NCBI RefSeq assembly: GCF_006345805.1 | Contig: NC_043005.1 | Location: 67,828,001-67,892,000 of the forward strand | Length of the DNA: 64,000 bases | DNA from: Octopus sinensis | Lineage: Eukaryota | Reading direction: 5' to 3' | Shown here: positions 12,170 to 25,689 of the stretch, in pieces | How the letters are laid out: every line of letters starts with the position of its first letter | How positions within the stretch are numbered: position 1 is the stretch's first letter | Notes under the pieces: generated by a model | Told to the model about the DNA's origin: nothing | Seen by the model: the letters and a program-made list of their open reading frames with translations, nothing else | Databases searched by the model: none | Made by a program: the position numbers and the translations under genes

Positions 12170-13165
12170 GTGTGTGTGTGTGTGTGCGTGTGTGTGTGTG
12201 AGTGTGTGTCTGCGTGCGTGTGTGTGCGCGCGCATACGAAAAAGAAGAGAAAAGGAAAGAGACTATGTAAATGAGGGGCAGAGGGAGGGAATGGAAGATA
12301 ACCCAATCCAAACAGAAGTGATTGCACATTTAACTGACAGCTTAATATTTATAATGAATGATACCTTACAACTTTCAAATATTCAGACACCCGTTGTATT
12401 TTTCCATGTTATTTCATTTTTCTTTACCTTTTTTTTTTTCCTTTCTGTTTTTTCACCGAAACATTTGTATGTTTGTATTTATCCTTGCCTTCACTGTCAG
12501 AAAACATACAATGGTGAGTTATGCAACAGAATTGAAAATTATCTGTCAATGTAATCAGTTTAGCTGACCTCAAACCCAGTAAGTATGAGTATGCATGTAA
12601 GTGTTTATCAGTGTGTCTGTGTGTGTATGTTTGTTTGAGCATGTGTGTGCATATGTGTGTGCATATGTGTGTGCATATGCGTGTGCATGTGTGTGTATGC
12701 GTGTATCAATATGTCGAAGGTTTTTGTACATGTATGCATATTTGTGTGTGTGTGTGTTTGTTCTATTTTTACATATTTGATGTCTTTCTGTAAGGAAAGA
12801 GCTTGTTTCTTACAACGATACAAAGCTCATTGAAATATAATTTACAAAAACAATGCCACATGTTGAACGTAAGAAAAGTTTGGCCAAGTTTTACTGTTCC
12901 ACTTACAGGTTGTCTTCGTAATATGTATTCGTTTTCCACCAATCCTACACACCCCGAAAATTCCCAGCTTTTCCTGATCGTAACTTTACTAATAAAACCA
13001 AGCGCAGGAGTGGCTGTGTGGTAAGTAGCTTGCTTGCCAACCACATGGTTCCGGGTTCAGTCCCACTGCATGGCATCTTGGGCAAGTGTCTTCTACTATA
13101 GCCTCGGGTCGACCAAAGCCTTGTGAGTGAATTTGGCAGACGGAAATGGAAAGAAGCCCGTCGTC

Positions 13166-13220
<55 letters not shown>

Positions 13221-14196
13221 GTGTGTGTGTGAGTGTGTGTCTGCGTGCGTGTGTGTGCGCGCGCATACGAAAAAGAAGAGAAAAGGAAAGAGACTATGTA
13301 AATGAGGGGCAGAGGGAGGGAATGGAAGATAACCCAATCCAAACAGAAGTGATTGCACATTTAACTGACAGCTTAATATTTATAATGAATGATACCTTAC
13401 AACTTTCAAATATTCAGACACCCGTTGTATTTTTCCATGTTATTTCATTTTTCTTTACCTTTTTTTTTTTCCTTTCTGTTTTTTCACCGAAACATTTGTA
13501 TGTTTGTATTTATCCTTGCCTTCACTGTCAGAAAACATACAATGGTGAGTTATGCAACAGAATTGAAAATTATCTGTCAATGTAATCAGTTTAGCTGACC
13601 TCAAACCCAGTAAGTATGAGTATGCATGTAAGTGTTTATCAGTGTGTCTGTGTGTGTATGTTTGTTTGAGCATGTGTGTGCATATGTGTGTGCATATGTG
13701 TGTGCATATGCGTGTGCATGTGTGTGTATGCGTGTATCAATATGTCGAAGGTTTTTGTACATGTATGCATATTTGTGTGTGTGTGTGTTTGTTCTATTTT
13801 TACATATTTGATGTCTTTCTGTAAGGAAAGAGCTTGTTTCTTACAACGATACAAAGCTCATTGAAATATAATTTACAAAAACAATGCCACATGTTGAACG
13901 TAAGAAAAGTTTGGCCAAGTTTTACTGTTCCACTTACAGGTTGTCTTCGTAATATGTATTCGTTTTCCACCAATCCTACACACCCCGAAAATTCCCAGCT
14001 TTTCCTGATCGTAACTTTACTAATAAAACCAAGCGCAGGAGTGGCTGTGTGGTAAGTAGCTTGCTTGCCAACCACATGGTTCCGGGTTCAGTCCCACTGC
14101 ATGGCATCTTGGGCAAGTGTCTTCTACTATAGCCTCGGGTCGACCAAAGCCTTGTGAGTGAATTTGGCAGACGGAAATGGAAAGAAGCCCGTCGTC

Positions 14197-14230
<34 letters not shown>
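12170..14230. repeat. Tandem duplication, two ~1031-bp units
   Basis: Identical ORFs offset by 1031 (12358/13389, 12424/13455, 12769/13800, 12803/13834); boundaries lie in (TG)n runs. Confidence 0.95.
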
Positions 14231-14251
<21 letters not shown>

Positions 14252-14463
14252 TTGTGTGTCTGTGTCCCTCAACATCGCTTGACAAACGATGCTGGTGTGT
14301 TTGCGTCCCCATAACTTAGCGTTTGGGCAAAAGAGAACGATAGAATAAGTACTAGGCTTACAAAGAATAAGTCCTGGGGTCGATATGCTCGAGTAAAGGC
14401 GGTGCTCCAGCATGGCCGCAGTCAAATGACTGAAACAAGTAAAATAGTAAAAGAGTAAAGAGA
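14031..14463 (+). mobile_element. SINE family B, full length (5' half also duplicated at 13000-13165)
   Basis: GCGCAGGAGTGGCTGTGTGGTAAG…GGTTCAGTCCC…CTTGGGCAAGTG…(TA)n(TG)n…GGCGGTGCTCCAGCATGGCCGCAGTCAAATGACTGAAACAAGTAAAA. Confidence 0.92.
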
Positions 14464-14464
14464 A

Positions 14465-15769
14465 TTGTTATTGATGTAAATGTGGATTTATAATCTGAAG
14501 ATACGTAGAATCTGAAGGTTTCAAAACCGTTATTCTCTTTCTCTTCAACTTTCCAAGAGAGATATTCATATCAGTTGGGCATCTGACCGCTATGACGATA
14601 TATATTTTAATTATCTGTTCAAAACAACTTTATCTGGCCTGTTGTGTTTGTACTTGGTAGAAGTGTTGATGCTCTACCAATATTCCTTATGTTGTTGTTT
14701 GTGTATCTACTTAATAACAGAAGGATTCTCTCTGTTTATCCCTGGACTAGCTTTTTATCGGTTGGCATTGTATATTGTTTTAGCGACAACGTCATGTTGC
14801 AATAGAGAGGTAGTACCTTGACGTCATTTGGTGGCAAAGCTGATCACGTCTGATGTATTTCACTGAAATATGCCATAATCTACATTACTTAAATATGATA
14901 TAATCTACATTTTCGTTTGCATTTTAGGACTGCAAGGACTGACTCTCGTCCTTTAGGTATTTTGGAGTAATCTCCTACTCTTGAATTACAAACACATATC
15001 CTTTGAGTGTGATGTGATATAACGGTCACGAGTCTGTGAAAGGTTGCACTTCTTATTGATATTAGTGTAATTTTCAACTTTTCGGGAACATATTCATGCA
15101 TGTTTTTTTCTGGTTTTGCTTTACTAAACGTTTCACCCTCAGGTCTTGCTTGAGGTATCTTAGTCCAGCTGTTTTGAGGAAGTCAGGAAAGGAATATTAT
15201 CTGAGGAGCTCACTGCCAACTTGTAGCAATAAATTTATATGTTTGTTTGCTGCAGTTCTTTTGTAAGTGCTGACTGTGACTCACCGTACGAAATTCGAAG
15301 GCTGTTTCCACTGAAACCTGTGCCTCCTTCATCTCTTCTTAAGTAGAGCCTGTCGATATCACTGTTTCTGTGGAAGTTTCTGTGGTTTTTAATGTTTATG
15401 GAGAGGATTTCTTCTATAGACTAATCAGTTATTCCAAATACTGGTGTCAGCACTAGTATTGCAAAATGTATTGTTGGATATTATCTTATAAGAAGTGAAA
15501 TCTAACTGCTATATTTTTTAAGTTTGGTGTAATATTCTCGGGTTATTCTATCTTTATTCACAGCACATTCGTATGATGTTTTCATTAGTGCCTAGGTACT
15601 TGTAGTACTTTTTGCGTGAATCAGGAAAGATAGTGAGACGGTTAATGCACAGGTCCTTGGTTTGCGAAACTGACTTTCCACGTTCAGCAATCAAATTAGA
15701 ACATTTCTTTTGGCCAAATTCCATTCCTACGACGACTGAAAATATTGTTGTTAATTTTATCTTTGTGTG

Positions 15770-15822
<53 letters not shown>

Positions 15823-15857
15823 TGTGTGTGCGCGCGCGAGTGTGTGTGGGTGTGTGT

Positions 15858-15892
<35 letters not shown>

Positions 15893-17790
15893 ACGTAAAC
15901 ATTTTTACCTAAGAACAGCAAATAAATTATAGGATATTGGAATCTCTAGTTGTTAAAAACCCTAGCGTGTAGCTATTGGATTTTTGTAAAAGCAGTTATA
16001 AAGGACTTAATGTCAAAATAAACAGAAGTACAGAAAAAGACTATCTCCTTGGAATATTCCCTTTGAAACATTTATAACAACGATGACGATCGCTTTTGGT
16101 TATGTGTTGAGGAATGTTGCCCAGATCTTTGTGAGCCTCTCAATGACAGTAACTAAGGTAACAGACACTTTTGCAAAATACAGAGTCTTCAGCAGCCATG
16201 GATGGGGAATAATGTAGAATGATTTCCCTTACTCAAAACACTGACAACTTATTATCGTAGCTAACTTTGTAATATGGCGACGCAGATCATTGATGTTTAC
16301 TCAAGATTTTTGTTTTCCCCTTGTGTTGCTTCCGTTTTGTAATTTCATAAACACATGCACAGCAGAATTCTCCAAGGTGTTCTTTAAGAGTAATAACAGC
16401 TGTGTACAGGAATTTATTAATTGTCCAGTAATTAACATCACATGATTCTATGTGCTCTGAAACAACATCGCCAAAACTTCTACAGTGATTTCTCTCTTGG
16501 GGCAGCATAACTTTGTTTAGCAAAAGTTGTTCTGCTTATTTCCATACTCCCTTTCTTCCCGCCTGTTTAACAGTTACTTTGTCAACGAAATTAAAAGGAT
16601 CCTGTATGAATCGGTTCAAACATTTTGTGTGAAGCTTGTACATAATTTGTAGGCAAGCAGTAAATCTATAGTATTCTCCAAACATGGGGGTTTCGTTCTT
16701 GGTTTCAAGACTCGTCCGCGCTATCACGCACCAATTTGGTATGTCAACGTGGCGCTCTATTGTTCTTCTGAATATACGTGTTAATAACTTTCTGCAGAAG
16801 TTCAGCTTCTACCAGTTTCCAAAAGTTAGGTCTCTTCCATTTGTCTTCCAATTATGTGGTTGTAGTTTGCTAACAGCTATGGTGAACGTTTCAGAACTGA
16901 TCGTGTATATTTTAATATCGATGTTTGTACATTATTCAATCCAAACTGATTTAGCTACAATACATTCTTGTATAAATCCTTCTTTTCGTTCCAGACCTTA
17001 GGCTAGAATGATTCAAGATCATCCAGCAAAGGGACTTTCTTGACGGTAATATTTTTCTTCCTCATCTCTCTGTATAATGCTTGTGTGCTGGAGCAAAATT
17101 GAGATTTATATTGGCTCGCTCAGAGAGTTTTCCACAATAACTAAATTATTCGCTCAGCATCCTGAGTTCGTGCTTTAAAGTAATTAACTTTTCCCTTAAA
17201 TGAAACATCATAGTTTTGTTAATTTTTTTTTTTTATGTAAGATGTAATTGGTGAGATGTGATCTCATTGTTCCCTTGGCATTTTACTACCGTAGTTAACT
17301 TTGTAATATGGCGACGCATTTCGTTGATGTTTACTCAAGATTTTTGTTTTCCCCTTGTGTTTCTTCCGTTTTGTAATTTCATAAACATGTGCACAGCAGA
17401 ATTCTCCAAGGTGTTCTTTAAGAGTAATAACAGCTGTGTATCGGAATTTATTAATTGTCCAGTAATTAACATCACATGATTCTATGTGCTCTGCTATAAC
17501 ATCGATAACTTTTAACATGAAAGCAATTGGTTTTTTTCTTTAATCTTTGTCCTGTCGCTCAGCAACAGCTCAGAAAGACTTAAAAATTTTTTCACTAACT
17601 GTGGTTTCAAAATATTCCAAGTTGACTATATTCTACAGTCATCTCTGTCGAATCGGTTACATATAGAGGTATGCAAGTGTTTATTGTTAGTGGCAGCAGT
17701 TTATTTACATTATTTTCAGTCTGTCTTATTGCAGATTTTGGCCAGTTCCCAGTGTTATGAGTAGATTGATTAGCATCGCAAGAATTGAAA
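14465..17790 (-). mobile_element. Decayed R4/Dong-like (restriction-like endonuclease) non-LTR retrotransposon
   Basis: Minus-strand motifs in the expected order: NYWTINK..YTAVITLKEHLG; LYREMRKKNITVKKVP; CLQIMYKLHTKCLN…QAGRKG…EQLLLNK; IPHPWLLKTL; GIFQGDSL (~16050); GMEFGQKKC…YKYLG; HDVVAKTIYN; HNRPDKVV…CPTDMNI. Many stops; interrupted by (TG)n at 15765-15890. Confidence 0.85.
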
Positions 17791-18231
17791 TAAAAAGTGT
17801 TGTGTGATAGCTACATTTATTTTTTTTACAGAAAGACGCTTTTTGTCGAAGCTGTTTTACCATCAAATATTGGGTCATCCCATAAATTGTGGGACCGATA
17901 CGTTCAACAAAAAATTCTTCAAATCGCTATTCCAGCGTGTCCACAATCTAATCACTGAAACAAGTAAAAGGCGAAAAAGACAAAAAAAGGAAACCGAAAA
18001 ATATATCCGTGATTCTTTTATCCACTTTCACGTTATAACTATGGGGCTTTTGTCCAAGGGGATTTGTTCGGATCCCAATTTAAATATAATGGCAAAGTGA
18101 AGTGAGACTAGAAATTAAATCGTCTACAATAACAAGTGCTGTAATACTGCTTCTGTTGGTATCATTGCTGGTGGTCTGAATAATGCTTAGTTGATAAATT
18201 AAAGATGTTTCTCTTATTTATAAAATAATAA

Positions 18232-18468
18232 ATGCGCCCTTTTAAAGCCTAGTCAGCCTCATGGGCCCGGTTTCCCGGTTTCAATTGCGTATGTGTTCCC
18301 CAGGTAGATGGGACGCCAGTCCATCGCAGTGTTACTCATTTTTGCCAGCTGAGTGGACTGGAGCAACGTGAAATTAAGTGTTTTGCTCAAGAACACAACG
18401 CGTCGTCCGGTCCAGGAATTGAAACCACAATCTTACGATCATGATGTTAACACCCTAACGCGCCTCCA
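18232..18468 (-). mobile_element. CORE-like tRNA SINE, family D, with 18-bp target-site duplication
   Basis: Matches the 58110 copy; TTTCTCTTATTTATAAAA at 18208-18225 and 18470-18487. Confidence 0.9.
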
Positions 18469-18668
18469 CTTTCTCTTATTTATAAAAGAAGAAACAAATC
18501 AGCAACTAATTTAGGCTGCAAGAGTTGGCGTCTTTGTATTAGAAAGCGTTCAAAAAGGTATTTTAAAACGGTCCTCTGTCTACACGCCTATGGTTCACGG
18601 TGCTATGCTGTATGTATGTATGTATGTATGTATGTATGTATGTACGTACGTACGTATGTATGTATGTA

Positions 18669-18699
<31 letters not shown>

Positions 18700-19078
18700 T
18701 GTGTGTGTGTGGTGTGTGTGTGTGTGTGTGTGTGTGTGATTGTTCAGTTTTATTTCAAGATTTCTTACGAATAGAGAAAAAGCCGGTTTGTAACCTAGAT
18801 TCAAGGGTCCTTCATTGGAATTTCAACATCAACAACAAGATATTTCTGTTTATATATATGTATATATATATATATATATGTGTGCAGACTTGTATGTTTT
18901 GCTTTATGCATGTATGTATGTATTTTGTATGTATGCATGCATCTATGTATGTATGTATGTATGTATGTATGCATGTATGTATGCATGTATGCATGAATGA
19001 AAGCATGTGCGTATGTATATGTTTATACGCGCGTACGCATAGATACATGTTTGTATGCATTATGTATGCATGTATATA

Positions 19079-19084
<6 letters not shown>

Positions 19085-19111
<27 letters not shown>

Positions 19112-19379
19112 GAACACAAGCAAATTTACAAATGTATATATATATGCATTATATACACATACATATATGTATGTCTTTATGTCTTTATATATATACGTAC
19201 ATATATCTATGTATAAATAAGTATATATATATATATATATACATTTTAAAACGGTCTGTCCATGTAAATAATACTTTTGATCTGATTCAAACCAATTCCA
19301 CTCAAAGCGGTTGAACTTATTACCTTCATACAAACTCATATACATATTCACATATGTATATGTGCATGCATTATGTGTA

Positions 19380-19416
<37 letters not shown>

Positions 19417-19427
19417 ACGCACACGTG

Positions 19428-19512
<85 letters not shown>

Positions 19513-19777
19513 GAACACAAGCAAATTTACAAATGTATATATATGCATTATATACACATACATATATGTATGTCTTTATGTCTTTATATATATACGTACA
19601 TATATCTATGTATAAATAAGTATATATATATATATATATACATTTTAAAACGGTCTGTCCATGTAAATAATACTTTTGATCTGATTCAAACCAATTCCAC
19701 TCAAGCGGTTGAACTTATTACCTTCATACAAACTCATATACATATTCACATATGTATATGTGCATGCATTATGTGTA

Positions 19778-19809
<32 letters not shown>

Positions 19810-19823
19810 TACACGCACACGTG

Positions 19824-19880
<57 letters not shown>
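19085..19880. repeat. Tandem duplication, two ~400-bp units bounded by (TA)n
   Basis: TGAACACAAGCAAATTTAC… at 19111 and 19512; nearly identical except one indel (CTCAAAGCGG vs CTCAAGCGG) and repeat-length differences. Confidence 0.92.
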
Positions 19881-19883
<3 letters not shown>

Positions 19884-20639
19884 CATACATACATACATAC
19901 ATACATACATACATACATACATACATACATACATACATACATTTAACACACAGCACACAAATTTAGAATAGTCACTTTATGTGAATGCTAATTTCAGTAT
20001 CATTCCACTCAATGTCACACGAAGTCTTTGAATTCATTGTCATCAAATTTAACTTACTTGTACACCTGTCACACTCAACGTCGTACCTGCTTTATATCTG
20101 CCTTTAATATCTTTTTCTTTTATATTCTGTAAAATCCTTACATGACCGACCGATGTCTGTGAGTAGGTTGGTTATATATGCTGTAATTTTTGTACAGCAA
20201 AAAGTATCCTTAGCAGAGAACCTAATGAATATTTTCGTGTGGTTTTGACTTGTAAAGTTAATAAAAATCAACTCAGGGAAGCTTTCCATATATTACTCTC
20301 TACATTTTGTGAGAATGGGTGTGAAGCAAAAGATCTTCGGGCGCATTTTTAGGAGAAGTAGGATCTAAAGCTCGAGTAAGCAGCTTGGTATCAGCTTGGC
20401 TTGTTACTACGAAAATAGGTGTGACTGTGTCTGTGGCTTACGACTGGCCGAAATTACCCAAAATTTGCAAACTTTAAAAAGCTATTAACTCTTTATTCAT
20501 TGATTTACAGCGAAAATGAATTTCATACCAAAGGTTACTTTACAAAACTACATCATTACACCAAATATGAATTCATTTGACACAAAAATTGAAGGAACTG
20601 AAAAGTGGCAGCCAAACAGAAAAGATCCTGAAACTGAAA

Positions 20640-20900
20640 GAAGCCTGTCATATGTGTCAGTGAGAGAGTGTGTGTGCGTCTGTGCGTGTGTGTGTGTCTT
20701 TGTGTATGCGTTTGTCCCCTACTACTGCTTGACATGTTATGTTTACATTCCCATAACCTAGTAGTTCGGCAAAAGAGACTGATAGAATAAGTACCAGGCT
20801 TTACGGAAAATATAAGTACTGGGGTCGATAAATTCGACTAAAATTCAAGGTGGTGCCCCAGCTAGCTGCAGGCTAATGACTGAAGCTAGTAAAAGAAAGA
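20640..20900 (+). mobile_element. SINE family B, 3' half
   Basis: GTAGTTCGGCAAAAGAGACTGATAGAATAAGTACC…GGGGTCGAT…GACTGAAGCTAGTAAAAG. Confidence 0.7.
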
Positions 20901-22062
20901 TGAAAAAAGATGAGAGTGTGTATGTTTCTGCGTGTGCGTATTTGTGCGTGTGCGTGCGTGTGTACACATAGATACATTTCGTGTGTGTTATGTATGTGTA
21001 TATACACACATTTTGCGTCTGTCCGTGTTTATGTGTTTATACGCACACACAACCACACAATACAGACATCTCTGCAAACTTACACGAAAAATTATGGATG
21101 CTCTATTTATATTCAAACACTATTTTAAAAAGTCAACACTTAGACAGCGTTAAAAATACCATCGCTACTTGTTGGAAAGAAAATAAACTGAAGCTAAGGG
21201 TCAAAAGTTCAATTCTAGCGGTTGTCACCATTAACAAACACAGATCCGATTACCTTTACCGAATATAAAATGTCAGTAATATATGCCAACATCAACCATT
21301 TCATCTTAAAATAATGCTATGTTAAAAATAAACGTTGAATGGCCTGGAAAAGTTAGTGTTTCAAACAAACTATAAAATTCTCAGAAACAGCTGAGAAAAT
21401 CCCCAATGAGAAATGAAAAATAGAACATAGTGATGTTCTTAATTTAACATAGTTAAAATTGTGTTCTTTGTGTTTCACTTTCACTATCAATATATCTATC
21501 CATGCATGTGTGTGCAGGCATTATGAATATGTGTGTGTGTGAGTATATATACAAGTGTGTGTATAAATATAGATAAATATATATATATATATACACGCAC
21601 ACACATGCATGCATTTTTCTTCTTTCCTCTCACTTTACAAGAGGTAAGACCTACTTTTTTCCTGTCTCTTGTCATAGCTCCTTTCTCCAGCATTCACTAC
21701 TTCATCCCGTTATGGCTTAACAACCCTCACCGTTTGTTTTTATTCTTTTGTGTTCTTACTGTCCTGTTTTTGTTACCACTTTAACCCTCAGCAAAAATCC
21801 CAAATTTTATTTAATTTCCTTTACGGGAAGTACTGTTTTAAAGAAGTCGCGTCTTGTCCCAACCGTCGAAACGCAGAGTAGCTAAACCAGGGGATAACTG
21901 ATGAAGGGATTGTTCTTTATGTTACCTGTCTTGTTTCTCTATTGGTTTCTTTCGTTGTCCCAAAAAATATTTGTTTTCCATATTTTTGTTTTTTTATATT
22001 CTCGTTAATCATTTTATTCACGTTTTTTGACGCCCTGTGCCTATTTTTGCATGTATATATAC

Positions 22063-22093
<31 letters not shown>

Positions 22094-22298
22094 TGTATGT
22101 ATGTATGTATGTATACATGCATATATATTATTTATATTATATATATATATATATATATATAAAATGATAAATCTCAGAGCGAGTTATAGGGCACAGAAAG
22201 TGTGTCTATAGCCAGCTGGAGGAGATGTCCTCCTGGGGCTACAAACCACAGTAGCATCCACCCTTAGGGGTTAGCCATATTCAAATGGCAAATATACG

Positions 22299-22334
<36 letters not shown>

Positions 22335-22729
22335 TTATTTGTGGTTATCGTCACTGCATGCCGAAATCTTTAAAAAGATTTTTAATGCATCATATAGATG
22401 CAATTTTTGACGTTGAATTCGAATTTATTATTCATTTATTCCAGAAAAATTTTGCGAAATGTTACAGGCGTTTAAAGTTCAAATGTTACAGGTGTTCAAA
22501 GTTTGATAATTTTCATAATTTTCAACCAATCAGAAAACAGCGTGTTCGCTGCCTCTTTCATCATCTAACACAGTAGCGAGAAAGCGGGATGGACACCGGC
22601 ATGTCAAAGCATTAAACGAGTGAATATAAATACAGCATCCATAATTATTAGTATAAGTTTACAGAGATTTCTGTCGTGTTTGGTTGTGTGTGCGTATAAA
22701 CACATGAACACGAACAGACACAAAATGCG

Positions 22730-22776
<47 letters not shown>

Positions 22777-22808
22777 TGTGTGTGTGTTGTGTGTGTGTGT
22801 GTGTGTGT

Positions 22809-23108
22809 GGAGGCGCAATGGCTCAGTGGTTAGGGCAGTGGACTCGCGGTCGTAGGATCGCGGTTTCGATTCCCAGACCAGGCGTTGTGTGTGTTTATTG
22901 AGCGAAAACACCTAAAAAGCTCCACGACGCACCGGCAGGGGGGTGGTGATCCCTGCTGTACTCTTTCACCACTCTTTCTCTCACTCTTTCGTCTGTTGGC
23001 CTGCTCGCTTAGCCAGCGGGGTGGCGTCATTCGAAGGCTAAAACAATGCAAAGCGCATTGTGACCAGCGATGTGTAGCAACATCTGATGGTCTGGTCGGT
23101 CACGTAAT

Positions 23109-23116
<8 letters not shown>
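22809..23116 (+). mobile_element. tRNA-derived SINE, family C, full length
   Basis: GGAGGCGCAATGGCTCAGTGGTTAGG…GGTTTCGATTCCC head; ends GGTCACGTAATCACGTGAT, between (TG)n and (TA)n. Confidence 0.9.
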
Positions 23117-23178
<62 letters not shown>

Positions 23179-24019
23179 ATAACACACACTAAATATATCT
23201 ATGTATACACGCACAAACACACACACTCATCTTTTTTTATCTTTCTTTTACTCGCTTCAGGCTTTAGCCTGCAGCCAGCTGGGGCACCACCTTGAATTAA
23301 TTAAACAGTGAAAAATATTAAAAGATTCACGAGCACAACTGAATATTTAAAAGCCACGAGCAAACCAACAGGAGTTGCTAGAAATAACAGTCAGAACATT
23401 GCTTAAAACAGACATTTATTAGTTTAAAAATCTCGAGAACTCTAGGACTATATAAAATAAATTATCTTTCTCAATTCTCCTCAATATAAATCCACAAAGA
23501 TAAGGGTCAAACATGGAACAGTGTATCCCAACTGACGTTTGTTTCGACGCATCAAAGATACCCAGGTACTTTCACTTTAAATATAGAACTGTATTAATCA
23601 TCTCTTAAATATAAAACTGTATTACCTTCAGTTTGTTGATTACACTCAGTTTGGTGGTTACAATCCTTGTGCGTATGCGCAGCATCTTTCGTTGCTATGG
23701 AAATAGAGTTCATTTCAATCAGCTATGGAATACGTGGTGCTTCTTTATTTAATATACTAACAGAACTTCACGTTGATGTGTAAAGTACTAGCTTCTGATT
23801 GGTTAAAATACCCAAATTTTGCAAATTTTAAAGGCTAATAACTTTTTAATTATGAATTTCATAATTAGTATACATAATTTCATAATTTCATAATTAGTAT
23901 ACATAATTAGTATCTTCATAATTAGTATACAAAACTTAATCCATATACCAAATTGGAACAAAATTGTTGACAGTGACGATAACCATAAAGATGTTATGTG
24001 TGTGTGGGGGGTATATATA

Positions 24020-24500
24020 TCGTTGCTATTATGTCAAACTGTCGTATGTCCATATTTGGCCAAATGCGGTTTTTTTTCAGTATTTATCTTTGCTTGCAAT
24101 AGCCGGTTCTTTTGGTCAAACTGTCATATCTCCAGCTGCTTCTGGTGCCAAAATATCAAAAATTGTTAATGTGTAGTCCAACAGTTTTGCTATGGACTGG
24201 TGAAATTATTTGTTCGCTTTCTAAAAAAGCAACGTTTTGGACTTACAACACTTTTGCAAAATAGCAACGATATATAAAAGACAGACGGGAAGAGGCAGAG
24301 ATCAGATGTCAAAGACGCAGAGAACAACTCGCTCTATCTTGTCCCCCGCCAACCCTACCCTGTGATAAATGCCCCCGGCTCTTCTATACTGCCCTTGACC
24401 TGAACAGCCACCTCCATCCTCCAGGATGAAGAGGCTCAATCGCTCGCTACAAGCTAACTAATCGGATACGAGTCAATGCCGACGACGACAACGACGATAG
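24020..24500 (+). mobile_element. RTE-like LINE 3' end
   Basis: 24265-24429 translates QRYIKDRREEAEIRCQRRREQLALSCPPPTLPCDKCPRLFYTALDLNSHLHPPG* (terminal C2H2-like finger), then a short UTR and GACGAC repeats. Confidence 0.7.
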
Positions 24501-24649
24501 ATAGATAGATAATGATTATAAAAATGAATAAGCAAGTATAACGAAAATACTTTTTGTGCAAAGTCATTTGCTAGATATCTCAATAAAACTGAAAAATCTC
24601 GTTCGGAGTAATAATCCTTTCTATTAAAGGTACAAGACCTGAAATTCTG

Positions 24650-24800
24650 TAAGGTATGGCGCGGTGCTGGTCGAGTTCATCGACCCCGAAAGAATGAAAA
24701 GTGAAGTTGACATCGGCGGAATTTGAACTCAGAACATAGAGACAGACGACACGCTGCTAAGCATTTTGTCCGGAGAGCAAACGACTCTGTCTGCTCTTCG
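24650..24800 (-). mobile_element. SINE family A, partial
   Basis: ATCGACCCCGAAAGAATGAAA…GGCGGAATTTGAACTCAGAAC…AAGCATTTTGTCCGG. Confidence 0.75.
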
Positions 24801-25689
24801 TCTTCTGTTTTTGAGTAATGATATAACAAAGTATAATGATATAGCGCAGCTAAAACCAAGAAGCACTCGAAAAAATCTCAGGTTACATATTGCAATAAAT
24901 TTTTTTCCATAGCTTTTCCGGATACGATCATGTTTCTGGCATGGTCACAGAAGTATACAGATATTTATACTTTCATCACATATGCGATACTGAAGCGAAT
25001 TGTAGAAACATTTTACTGTTTATATATTCACCGTTGTGTTGAAACCGATGAAATACTGAAGCATCGGAACATCAGTAACGTAATTATACTCGGTTTATTT
25101 TGTAAAAAAGATTTAGAAGTGTGTTCGAGTGAACTAAATTAATGTTGAAAATAAAGTTCAAAATCATCTTACTGAATTACTAGAAGCCGAAGTTTCTTCT
25201 GCTGTATCTCTGAGTTTCCCGTCGGTGATTATTCAAAAAGCGTAACAATATCTTAACAAAAATATTCGGAAACACATCGAACTACCAAGATTTGATTAGT
25301 AACCGAAAACATTAAAAAATGTGTCATACACCCATCTTGTTCTTTATCATACGTAGATATATCATCTATTCATTTTAAGAAATTGATTTTATTTCCATAT
25401 TTTCAGTATCACGTGTGTAGCAGATCCATTATGTGGTAAATAAACTGTTTTAGTCAATTGGTAGTTGAGAATCCCTCAATAAACATCGAGAGAAGGATCT
25501 ACAAGAATGCATCATTTCCGATCTTTTGTTTAAAATTACAAGATTCGGTAATGGCATGTTTTATTTCTTTCAGAGAGAAAAACACAGCTTCTAGAGTTGT
25601 TAATGTAGAGGGATGTCTGTTCTATCGATTAAAAAATGTTTTATGTACTCTAAGCACAAGGCCCGAGATTTTTTGGCCAGTTGATCAGA

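Noticed and set aside
22809-22885. tRNA-like sequences (also at 58110, 14031, 40394 and others)
   Set aside because: A and B boxes are present, but each continues into a SINE body and lacks a proper acceptor stem.
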